DNA of 64,000 nt from Neocallimastix sp. 'constans'. Lineage: Eukaryota. Position 1 is the stretch's first letter. Each line of letters opens with the position of its first letter. The position numbers were made by a program, and so were the translations under genes. The notes beneath the pieces are model-generated. The model had not been told where the DNA came from. It ran no database searches and saw nothing but the letters and a program-made list of their open reading frames with translations. The DNA is taken from assembly GCA_050613775.1 (NCBI GenBank), contig JBODTK010000011.1:1-64000 (forward strand), given 5' to 3'. Positions 49,401-61,839 of the stretch are shown here, piece after piece.

Positions 49401-52400
49401 CAATAAACTATTGAATTTCTTTAACGTTTGTTGGAACAGGCCAATCTAAAATTGCTTTAACTTTTTCTTTATCCATTTTAATTCCATCTCTTGATAAAAC
49501 ATAACCAAGAAAGGTAGTTTCAGTTACATCAAATTCACACTTTTCTAATTTAACAACTAAATGATTCTCTAACAATTTTCTTAAAACTTTCTTAACATGT
49601 ACATGATGTTCTTCTAAAGTATTAGAATAAATTAAAATGTCATCAATGTAAGAGATTACAAAATCATCTAAGTAATCACTGAGAACATCATTTATAAAAT
49701 GTTGGAATGTAGCAGGGGCATTCTTAAGCCCAAAAGGCATAACGAGATATTCAAAGTGCCCGTATCTTGTACGAAAGGCAGTTTTGTACTCGTCACCTTC
49801 TTTAATTCTTACTAAGTTATAAGCAGATTTTAAATCTAACTTAGTAAAATATTTAGCACCTTTAACTCTATCCAACAATTCACTAATTAAAGGAAGTGGA
49901 TAAGAGTTACGGATGGTCATTTCGTTCAATTTTCTATAATCAATAACTAGTCTATAAGTACCATCCTTTTTTCTAACAAATAAAATAGGTGCACCAGCAG
50001 GAGAAGAAGATTTCCTAATAAAACCCTTTTTTAAATTCTCTTCTAAATATTTCTTTAATTCTTCTCTCTCCGTTTCAGTTAAAGGGTACAACGGACCATA
50101 AAATAGACTACAATTATCTTTTAATTTAATTTCACAATCATAATTACGATGCGGAGGTAACACATTACAATTATTTTCATTAAACACTTCTTTAAACATC
50201 AAATAGATTTCAGGTACTTCGACCTTTTCACCATCTTTATTTAAATTATTATCTTTATCATTACATTTTTCAATTACATTTAATTTCTTACATTTACTAG
50301 ATTCACAAATTTTCTTTAAAATCCTTAAACTATTAGTACTAATTTTACTATCACAATTCATAACAATAATATCATCACTATCGCTAAAGTTATCACTATC
50401 ACTAATGCTATCACTAAAATTATCTAACATAAAAGTATCATTAATATCACTATCACTATCATAATTATTAAATTCAGAGCAAGTTCTAATACGAGTTCGG
50501 CGGCCACGAATAGAAATTTCTTCTTCTGAGTCAGAGTCGGAATCAGAGTCAAAGAGAGGTTTTCTTTTTCTTGATTCTTCAATAATAACTTTGTTTTCTT
50601 CTAGGTTGGTAGCAGGTTCTTTTCCTTTGTTCCTTTTCTTGTTCTTGTTTTTCCTTTTTCTTTTACCATTGTTACAATGTCTTGCACAGAAACCGGATCC
50701 GAAAGAAATCTTCTTTGCGTCATGGTAGTTGTAGGGGGAGTGCTTATTGATCCATGGTAAACCCAAGATAATATCAACATCAGGAATCCTGAGAACATAG
50801 AGTTGAATCGTTTCCAAGTGGTTCCTTAAACGAAGAACGCATTTCTCAGTTTCCTTTTTTACTGATGAAACACCATATCCAAGACCAGTAACACGGAAAG
50901 GTTCTTCGATTTCTTTTGTTTTAATTCCAAAGGCTTTAGCGAATTCAGGATGGATAAAATTAAGATCAGAACCAGAATCGATCAGAACTCTTGCTTTTAC
51001 TTCTTCTGTATCGTTTGTTTTAATATAGAAATCAATGATATTACTTTTCTTTGTCAAAAGTGAGTTTTGTTCTTCCACGATTTTTCTAACTTTGACAATA
51101 TCTTCTTGGCTGTTGATTCTTCTAATTCTTCTTAAACTACTTGAGGGTGTGGTAGCGGTGTTTTCTTGTTTACTGATAATCTTGACTCCGGCAGGTTTCT
51201 TCTTATTTGGACAGTTAAAATAGCGATGACCTGGTTTTTTACAATAATAGCACAATCCTTTCCTTCTTTCTTCATCTCTTGAATTCGAGTTTTCTTGATA
51301 TAATTTCTGGTTAGAAGGGAAGTAACTTGTATTCGTTTGTCCTCTCTTAATTCTGTATAAATCTATTTCCATTGGGTCACTAGTAGACGCATGATTATTA
51401 TTATTTATTTCCTTACGATGGTAATAATTATGATAGAAAAATTCATTTATTTCATGTCTCTTAGTTAAGCTTTCGATACTAAGGACATCAGTGAAAAGTC
51501 TTCTTAAGTTGTTGGGATTTGGATTTACCACTGCAAGGTGCTCCCTCATCTTGTAGTGAAGTCCTTTTACAAACATATAAATCTTAGCAGAATCGTTAAA
51601 ATCTGAATGTCTGCTGATTTTATTAAATTCATTTATATACTCACTAACATGACCAAATTTATGTTGTCGGATGCTGCATAATTTACCGTTTGCGACAACT
51701 GTGCTCATGTCCTGCTCTCCAAATTGATTTCTTAATTCTTGAATAAAATCTTCATAAACATTGAGCAGGGGATCATTATTTCTTCGCAAGTTTGAGGCCC
51801 ATATCAAGGGATCACCGACAAGATAAGAAATTATAAATCTGACCTTTGTATGGTCGTTATTGAAACCTTGTGGATTGGCTTCCATAGCTATTTCAGCTCT
51901 TGTAAGGAAGCCATCAAAGTCCTTCTTGATTCCAGAAAATAGCGGTGGTTCGTTAACAATCTTTTGATTGTTACGGGGCAGAACTTGATGATTCTCTTGA
52001 TTCATTTCTTGCAGGTTAAGGTCTTCGAATCTTCTTATTAGGTTGTTAAATCCCTCCAATTTGATTATTTTAAATTGACTTAAATTTTTGCAATTTCTTT
52101 AACAAAAATATCAAACAAATAAATATTTCAAACTATAACGTTTTTTCATCTAGTCGATCTAGCTCTATCCTTTGAAGCGGTGCTGTCGAGTAAACGAAAC
52201 GTTATAAATTAAAATATTAAAGGTTTATGGTTTTTCGAATCTTGTTCTAAGACGTGTAATTGTAATTTCGGTAGCAATATTATAGAGCTGGTGGCAATAT
52301 TCTGAAACTGGTAGCAATAATCTAAACTGGTAGCAATAATCTAAAACTGGTAAAAAAAATATTTTGAATCAAGCCACACACAAGCCACTGTTAACGTATC

Positions 52401-53232
52401 ACGTGTTATAATCTTGACTTATAACGTATTTTATTGAGAGAAAAAAAGGTAATTGTTATTATAAAGTTTTGATTTAAAAAATAGATTATAAGTCAAAAAT
52501 TATAATAACACTAAATAACACAAAAATGTTTTATAAACAAATAAGTTTTATTATATTTAGATTTTAAAATAATCTTTATTACTTATTAGTGTTATTAACA
52601 ATAAATCGTTAATAACAATTACATCGATTAAAATACATGAAATTTGGTTAACTATTTATATTTTTATCTTATTACATTTAGAATATATAATTCCTATTGA
52701 ATTATATTATCTAACTATTTATTTAAAAACAATACTAACCTAAACTAATAATAAATAATTAACTATTACTAAATAAAGAGAATTATAATTAATAACTAAA
52801 ATAAATATAATCAATTCTAATTGAGTTCATTTATTATTTATTTATTATTTAAATATTATTAGTAAATTTATTATATATTTTCTATTTTAAAATAATATAA
52901 AAGTTGTCATAATTATTTAATATAAATTTAGCATAAAATGCCGTAAGTTTCAACATGACTAATTGCATAGTTTCATGTTGTTAATTTATCTTGTAAAAAA
53001 CCTTAACTCTTATTATTTAAATTAAATTACATAAAAAGAAATGATTTTCAATTACTAGTTTCACAAGAGAAATTTTTAATTTATTAATATGATTGGGAAG
53101 AAGTCGAAGTTTTGTTTAAAATTATTTGCAATAATTTTATACACGTGATTTTTAATAGATTTATTTCAATTTTACTTAAATTTATGATTAAATTTAATTA
53201 AAATTTATAAAGATATTAATAATATCTTTACA
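46429..53232 (-). mobile_element. Young full-length Ty3/gypsy chromovirus: 773-bp LTRs 46429-47201 and 52460-53232, TSD TTATT
   Basis: LTRs appear identical by eye. Single gag-pol frame 52059-47239 has PMEID, CCHC, IDSG protease, YIDD RT, RNase H, HHCC/DDE integrase, GPF motif and chromodomain (YLIKWKG..ENTW). One in-frame TAG at 49408-49410. Confidence 0.97.
52449..52459 (-). promoter_or_regulatory. Self-priming PBS (ATAACAATTAC) of the chromovirus
   Basis: Abuts the 5' LTR and is the exact 11-nt complement of LTR positions 52612-52622; it is not a TGG-type tRNA PBS. Confidence 0.8.
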
Positions 53233-54577
53233 TTATTGTTATTATTAATATTATAAACTTCATGATATTCATTATTATTGTTATCATTTATATCGTCTTC
53301 AATTTCTTCAGATTCATAAAATGGAGTAAAGTTAAAGATATCTGGAGAGGACAGAGAAGGACCTATATTTGCAGGTTCATCTTCAAGAAATGCGACTGTT
53401 CGTGAAAGAATTATTTTATTATTATTAATATCATATATTCTATATGCTGTATGATTAATTTCGTCATAACCTAAGAATACACCTGGTAGAGTTGTATTAC
53501 AAAACTTCTTTCTGAATTGTTTAGGAACATAAAAGTACACTCGACAACCGAAAACTTTAAGTCTATTATAATCTACCTTTTCGTTATACAGTAATTCATA
53601 TGGAATTTTATTATTATTACCTTTATGTGGTAATCGATTATGAATGTAATTAGCCGTTGCATCTGCATCCTGCCAAAATTTATGACTTAATTTAGCATCA
53701 GCTAACATTGCATCTCCATTAGATATCAATGTTCTGTGCAATCTTTCTACTCTACCGTTTTGTTGGGGGTTATGTGGTACTGTGTGTTCATGAATTATTC
53801 CAGTTTTATTGTAAAACTCATTAAAATTATTATTGAAAAATTCTGTCCCATTATCTGTTTTTATGTATTTAATATTATAATTTTTAAATATATTTTTAAT
53901 TTGATTATACCAAATAATAAAAGCATTATATACATCGCTTTTATTTTTAACAAATAGTACCCAACTATACCGTGTAAAATCATCGAGTATAGTTACAAAA
54001 TATCTATTGTTATAAAATGAAAAATCAGGAGCCTTAACCAAATCCATGTGTAAAAGTTCAAAAGGTTCCTTTGTATGATTGATTGATGGGTAATATGGTA
54101 AATTTGTAAGTTTTGATTTTAAACAAATTTTGTATTTTGGTGTAAAATTAATTTTCTTTAATTTATTTTTAATTAGGTCAATATTAAAATGACCAAATCT
54201 TCTATGCCATAGATTCAAACTTGAGTCATTCGTGGCATCTTCAATATTATAACAAGTAACGTTATTGAAACTTGTAAATATATTACTTTTTGTTGTAAAT
54301 ATTTTGTAGACTTTAGATTCATTTGAATAACTTGTATATATTCTTTTTCCTTTATTATTATACAATAGAGCACACCTTTTATTATTGTATTTATTTTTAT
54401 AGAAAACTATTTTATAATTGTCATCACTTAGATGATCAATTGATAAAAGACTTCTTTTAAAAGATGGAACATATAGGACATCGTTTAATATTATTTTGTG
54501 GTTATTAATTAATCCTATATATTTACCTATTAATTTTGATTCAACGACATCACCATTAGCAAAATGAATATTAATAT

Positions 54578-55254
54578 TGATATAAAACAAATATGTGTAG
54601 TAACATATTTGTATATTTAATAATAATTATTAAATATTAAATTTATATCTTTTTGATAATAATTATTTTATTTTATTTTATTTCAATATATATTATTATA
54701 ATTATAATAATTATAATACTTTATTTCATATAAAATTTATATATTTCTATATATTAGAATATATAATTAATATATTACCTATTTCTTATAAATTAAATTA
54801 TTTATATTAGAAATAGAGAACTCTCTTGTAAATTTTTAGGAATTAGAATTATTATTTTTAATTGTACGAATATTATAATTTTATTAATAAAATTTACTAA
54901 ACTACCATTATTTAAAACCCACTGCTTATAAATTATTGCACATAAAAGTCCCGCATATCAAAAATTGGTGGAGATATCGGTGATGTGCAGTGTAAAAAGT
55001 AATTTATAAGTAGTGGTGTTTAGTAATTTTGTTAATTAATTATATATCCGTATATATTTACATAAATTCTCTTCAGTTAGGATTAATTAAAATATACTGT
55101 TTAGGATATAAATTTTTAATTTTTTTTATTGGTTATTTATAGTTATATTATCTTTGGTGAAGAGAAAGTTATACAATATAAGTTATTTAATTCATTTTAG
55201 TATAGATAAAATAAATTGTTTTAAAATATATTAATATTTGGAGATTTAATCATT

Positions 55255-55296
<42 letters not shown>

Positions 55297-57486
55297 ATTA
55301 TATATAAATTTTTAAAATATATAATTTTAATTAAGAAACATTATTATTATTATTAATTAATTGTTAACAATGAGAAATAGCAATTTTACTGGCCATCGGG
55401 TAGACACTGGGTCCCTTCCAAGAATTACTGGATCTAATAGAAATGCTGAAATTTGGAAGTTTAAAATTAATGATTGGTTTAAGAAGGAAGGTATTACTAC
55501 CGATGAAGATAAATTTAGTTACATAATTATGGCTGCTGAAGATGACATCGTAAAGGTAATTATGGAAAAAGTAAGAGAGGTAAATAGAACTCTTACTTTA
55601 GATGAATGTGTTGCTCATAAAAAAAAGATATTGGAGGGAAAACCAAAGGGATAACAATTATGAAAATATATTACAAGAATTTCAAGAAATAAAAAAAGTT
55701 TAAATAATTATAAAAATTATTCATCTAATATACAACCAATGGATACATATATTAATAACTTTAGTAATTCATTGAATAAAGGAAATAATAGAATATCTAT
55801 TAACAGTTCTTCCAACAACTACAATGGATACATTGTTAATAGTAATTATAGGAATTATAATGATAATACATTTAACACATGGAGTGGAAATAGTAATCAG
55901 AGAAATTTTAGGAATTATAGAAGATTTAATATGAATAATGATAATAACAATAATTTAAGTATTAGCAATGAAAATTATAATAACAGTAATAATAATTTTT
56001 ACAATTTAAGAAAAAGGAAAATTTTAATATCAAATTTAAATAATAATTCAATTAATAATAGTAATAAAGGCAATAATTATACAGGAAATGACAAAAATAA
56101 AGATAGTAACAATATTAATAATATTAATGAAAATGTAATTAATAATAATTCAATCAATAATATTGTCAATAATAGTATATCTAATTTGGTTACAAATAAT
56201 AATATTAACAATAATAAAAATGACGCGTTGGATAAAACAGTAAACGTAGAACAAAATAAATTAAACGCGTTAAAAATGGATAATTTCAGAGGAAATAAAA
56301 TAGGAAATGCTAATAATGGAAAATGTGAAACAAATAATAATAGTATAATTACTAAAGAAGAAAATAAAAATAATTCCAATGGTAATGATGATATTAAGAA
56401 AAATCAAAATAATAATATAGAAATTAATAATATTATAACAATAAAAATTAAAACTATTGATAATAATGAAGATAATAATTTAAATAGTAAAAAGAATAAA
56501 GATAATAATGATATTATTGAGAATTCTAAAAATATAATTTATAAGAAAAATTGTAATAAAAATGTAAATGAAGAAATAAATATTAAAGAATCTGTACAAG
56601 TTGATAATATTAACAGTAGTTTGACTAAAGAATCAAAAATTATTGATAATAAAAATTCAAAAATAAATAATATTCAAATTACTTCAAAATACTAATAAAA
56701 ATGAACAATTTATAAAAAAAAATTATTCAGTTAATAATATTACTAATATAAAAGAAAGAAAAATTAATAATAATAATTCACCGGTTGATTTTAGTAATAT
56801 TATAAATATAGATAGTGATAAGAAAATAAAAAATAATAAAATTAAAAAAATAATTAAAATTCCATATATTTATATTCAAAATAATGATAAAAATAAAATA
56901 AATATTTATAAAATTATGATGCCCAAACCTGAAATCGCGTTAAAGGAGATTATTAAATATAGCAACAATCGCGTAGATACCAAACGGACAAATAGGAATT
57001 ATAAATATAAAAGAAAATAAAATTTTAAAATTATTATTTATTTTAATTAAACCTTATATTTTCTTTTATAAAAAAAATATATAGTTTAATTTTTAGCAAG
57101 GGCATTTCTGATATAAAACAAATATGTGTAGTAACATATTTGTATATTTAATAATAATTATTAAATATTAAATTTATATCTTTTTGATAATAATTATTTT
57201 ATTTTATTTTATTTCAATATATATTATTATAATTATAATAATTATAATACTTTATTTCATATAAAATTTATATATTTCTATATATTAGAATATATAATTA
57301 ATATATTACCTATTTCTTATAAATTAAATTATTTATATTAGAAATAGAGAACTCTCTTGTAAATTTTTAGGAATTAGAATTATTATTTTTAATTGTACGA
57401 ATATTATAATATTATTAATAAAATTTACTAAACTACCATTATTTAAAACCCACTTCTTATAAATTATTGCACATAAAAGTCCCGCA
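54578..57486 (+). mobile_element. Gag-only non-autonomous LTR element E inserted in the protease region of C: LTRs 54578-54960 and 57109-57486, 4-bp TSD ATAT
   Basis: Near-identical LTRs; PBS TGGTGGAGATATCGG at 54966 (tRNA-Ala-like 3' end); gag-like ORF 55361-55654; Asn-rich ORF 55739-56695; purine tract before 57109. Removing it restores the host frame HDHHINIHFANG. Confidence 0.9.
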
Positions 57487-60400
57487 ATATGGTGATCATG
57501 TTAATCCACTAAATTTCTCTGACATGGGTCATGTGATATGACGCCCCAGAGTCTAAAGTCTATATTGTGATGTTACTGTTATTAATATTGGGTTTTTGGT
57601 TTTGGGCAGTATAATAACTTAAATTTTGCCCTTCTGGCTTACTCCATTCAACGAAATTTCTTGATATCAGAAATTGCGCTATTCGATTGATTTATATTAT
57701 CATCATTATAATCGATGGATAACGCATTATCAAAAATCTCATTATAGTTTTCTCTTTCTTCTTTATCCAGGTTTACCTTAACATTATCAGCATGGTACTT
57801 TTCTTTTTTCTTTCTTTGGTCTTTATTTTCATATTTTCTTTTGTAGTTATTGTATCTTTTGTAGCTATTTTGTCTTCTTCTGAGGGTTTTGACTCTACAG
57901 TCACGTGCTATATGGCCTGCTTTGCCACATTTGAAACATATAACCTTCCTCTTGTTATTTTGTTGATTGTTTATTTCTGAATTGTACACCTTAATTTTTT
58001 CTTGATCACTTTTTAAACTTCGTAAATACTTTAATCTTGGAATAGTCTTTTTTAATTGCTCACAACATTTCTTCCAGTCATCTTGGTATGATATCACATT
58101 GGTTAATTGAACAATGTCGCTGGGTAGTGCATTATATAAATAATTAAATTTTCTTTCGTCACTTATTAACTCACCTAGTTCTTCTAACTTGTCAATTGTA
58201 TTTAATAATTTGGAAAGAAATATTCCAAAATCATCATTTATATTGTATTTTAAAGTATTCAACTTTTTGACTGTTTCTAATTTTATTTCTTCGTTGTTCT
58301 TTACAAAGAGTCCTTGTAAGTGGTTCCAAACTTCGTAAGCGGTTTTATTCTTAAAATCTATTGTACTTTTGGTTTTATCGTCAAGATTGGTACTGATTAA
58401 AAATTTTGTTTTGTTATCATTTTTAATCATTTCATCAGTGACATCTTCGGCATAGTAATATTTAGTTGAACCTCTGACTTTCTTACAATGGCCCTTCTTA
58501 TAGTCAGGCGAATTTTCGGTGATCATCTTTACATTCTCTTCGTATATATGATCATCTAAACCTTTAGATGTTAACATGAGATCCATTTCTGAGGCCCACA
58601 ATGGATAGTAGCTCGGTGTGAGTTCTCTTTTGGTAGCAGTAGTATTAACTACGTTAATTGAATTGTCTTCCATTTCTTATGATTTTTATGTTGAATGTAA
58701 TTTAAATTTTAAATTTTAATTTTCTAAATTTGAAATTTCAAAATTAATTTAATTTTTAAATTTCGGTAAAAATGTTTTTTAATGTTTTATTAATAATCGT
58801 TTAGTTATTGTGGTAAGATTATTGAGCTGATTGAGACTCTTAATCTATTAAGAATTTATGTTTTTTAATTTTAGAATGTGTGATCACTTTATTAATTATA
58901 TATAATTATTATTCTATTTTTGTTAAAGGTTACTTTAGTTTTAATTGTATGATTATAATCATTTACATTTCTTAAAAATTTAATTTAACTATATTTGTTT
59001 ATACATGTAAAACTCTGATGTATATCAAGCATGCGCCTCATACATCTACATAACATACATATTTAATTTATAATTAAATATAAATAAATATACTAATCCA
59101 AGTTAAATATACCAAATTATTATTCATTATTTAAGATATTAAACTTTATTTCTAACAGATTTTATTAATTTAAATAAATGTTTTAAAATATAATAACATA
59201 AAATATTTATATTTAAATAACAATAAAATATACTCTCCTTTATATTTCTCCCTTTTTTTTAATTTTTGAATTAATTATGCATAAGTTTTATTGGAAATTA
59301 TTATATTATACTTATTAATTTTAACTATTTTTATAAATATATAGTTATTCATGTGCTTTATATATTGATAAAAGAAATATATTATTAAATAATTTTATTT
59401 CTAATTAGTCATATTAATTATTACATAATATTGATATATTAATATTTATATTGTTGATTATTTAATTTTTTATGTTGACTGAAATGTTTATTATCATGAG
59501 TTATTAATAATATCATTATTTAATTTTATTATATTACAAAAAGTACATCTTTATCATTAAAAATAGTTATTTATATTATCATAATAAAGATAATTAATTT
59601 TTTTTTTCTTTTTTTATTATATCGCGATATAAACTTATATATATTATTTTTATATATGTTATTATTATTAATCATATATTATGTCATAACAAAAATTTTA
59701 TTTTATTTTATAATCCTGTTGACTAATTTTTCAACTAGGATTTATTTTATATTATATAAAACTTTATTTTTATATTTATTTTATATTTACTTTTACATTT
59801 ATATTTTCAGCTTACATATATGTAGCTGACTATTATCTTATTTTATTCCTCAGCTTAATTAGGTGACTATATATTTTTCAACTTAATTAGCTGACTATTA
59901 TCTTATTTTATTCCTCAGCTTAATTAGTTGACTATATATTTTTCAACTTAATTAGCTGACTATTGTTTTATTAATTTATTTAATTACATTTTCATCTTAA
60001 TAATTAGCTGACAATATTTTTTACAGCTTAATATTAGATGATTTTTAATATTTTATATTCATATTTTTTAAATTATTTTAATTTTAATTTTATTTTATTT
60101 TCTTTATATGTTGTGAAATTTTATGGGCTTATTTTTATTTGAATATTTAATTATTTTAATTATTTTAATTATTTTAATTCTTTTTATGAAAATATATTTC
60201 TTTTATTGTTAATTTACAAGAAATATCGAAATTTATAAAAATAAATTCTTTATTTCAAAAAAAAAAAACTTATTTAACTTTGTTTCTTGCTAAATCTGGT
60301 GAGATTGAGACTCTTAATCTATTAAAATTAAGAATCTCTTTATTTTTTATAAATAAATGGATAACTGTATGTCATTTAATTTTATACATTTCGAGAATAT

Positions 60401-60942
60401 TTATAGTTATACTAATATGTGGCTTATTATTATCATTGGTCATATATTTCACAATAAATACATTGAAATATAACATCACTCCTTAAATTAATATGATTAT
60501 AAACCTTAATATTTATATTTCTGACATTTATTAAATTTATCAATTGATACAGATATAAAATTTTGGAAAATTACATTCATTTTATACTACGTGTGGCTTA
60601 ATAATAATACAATGAAAATATTTTACATGTATAAAATAATTTATTACAAATAACGAAAATATTATTAACAATGAATTTCAAAATAAAATTTAATTTAATA
60701 TATTTCAAAATAGATTTTGTTATATTTTAACAATATATATATATATATATATTTTATTATTATTTTTATTATTATAAGTAAAAATAAATGTTTTATTATA
60801 ACAAATAAAATTTACGATTTTTAAGTTTCACAAAAAAAAATTTTCTTTTTGTATAAAATTTGTGTAATTAAGTAAAAAAATTAAATAATTTTTCCAAAAA
60901 AAATTCAAAGTTTTATAAATTTTAGATTCTCTTTTATCTTCA

Positions 60943-61839
60943 TGATACGAGCTGGGGTTGAAAAACTAAGATATTCAAATCAAAAAAATAAATATTAACA
61001 CATAAAAATAAATTTGGAAACAAAAAAATTAATTTTTAAAATATTTTTTATTTAAAATTAAAATTAAAATATTTGTTCCCCGTATTAAATAGAAAGAAAT
61101 TTATTCTTCTTTTTATACTTTTATTTTAATACATTTTATTTATCATTAATATATTCTTTATAAAAAAAAACTATTTTAACTATTTTATTTTAATTTTTAA
61201 CTATTATTTTAAATTATTTTTAAAAAAAATAACATTTATTAAATTAAAATATAAAAATCAATTTAGAGATTGTATCACTAAGGGCATTCCGGGGCGGTTG
61301 CTTCTTCTTGATATTGTTTTCAGAGAGAGAATTATGCAAAATTGATATTTTCTGTATTTTAGATCATTTTTATTATTGAAATTCTTCTGTATTTTAGTTC
61401 ATTTTTATTTTAATAAAGATTTAATTTATTTTTGTTTTTTGTTTTATTTTTAGTTTATTTCAAAGGTTTTAGAAAATATTATACAGAAACTTATAATTCT
61501 GTATTTTATATCAAATATTTATTGAAATAGTCTTTTATTATACTTAATATAAAAATATGAATTTAGTAATGATTTAAATTTTATATAATTTTTAATAAGA
61601 ATATTTAGTAATAATTTTTATTATATTTGATATTAATAAAAGATTTTTATTAGAATATTTAAAAATAATTTTTATTATATTTAATATTAATAAAAGATTT
61701 TAAAAGAATATTTAATAATGATTTTTATTATATTTAATATTAATAAAAGATTTTAATAATAAGATTTAATAATAATTTTTATTATATTATTATAAGTATT
61801 TAATAGGAAATACAAGGTATTTAGTGACACCCCGTATCA
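60943..61839 (-). mobile_element. LTR copy of the 27206-28113 family; no TSD seen
   Basis: TGATACGAGCTGGGGTTG...GACACCCCGTATCA; collinear with 62683-63687. Confidence 0.85.

Larger units (their letters stand above)
42897..59157 (-). mobile_element. Full-length copia element C, interrupted by two insertions: LTRs 42897-43203 and 58846-59157, TSD GATTT
   Basis: PBS 58832-58845; gag 57648-58673 with CFKCGKAGHIARDC; protease LDSGAS ~57540-57560; integrase 53237-54577; Asn-rich linker 44538-46428; RT/RNase H 43210-44600; PPT 43204-43211. Confidence 0.95.
38264..60526 (-). mobile_element. Non-autonomous LTR element B inserted in the 5' LTR of A: LTRs 38264-38472 and 60320-60526, TSD TTTAT
   Basis: Near-identical ~208-bp direct repeats; PBS 60306-60319; PPT 38473-38480. 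No gag/pol recognised in its own internal sequence. Confidence 0.9.
36150..60732 (-). mobile_element. Copia element A (internally deleted, no integrase): 3' LTR 36150-36418; 5' LTR split into 38196-38263 and 60532-60732; TSD ATATA
   Basis: The LTR halves rejoin to match the intact 269-bp LTR. PPT at 36419-36426, PBS 38182-38195. ORFs 37645-38181 (gag), 36711-37688 (protease fused to RT, YVDD, TRPDI, DSD) and 36433-36735 (RNase H). Confidence 0.92.
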
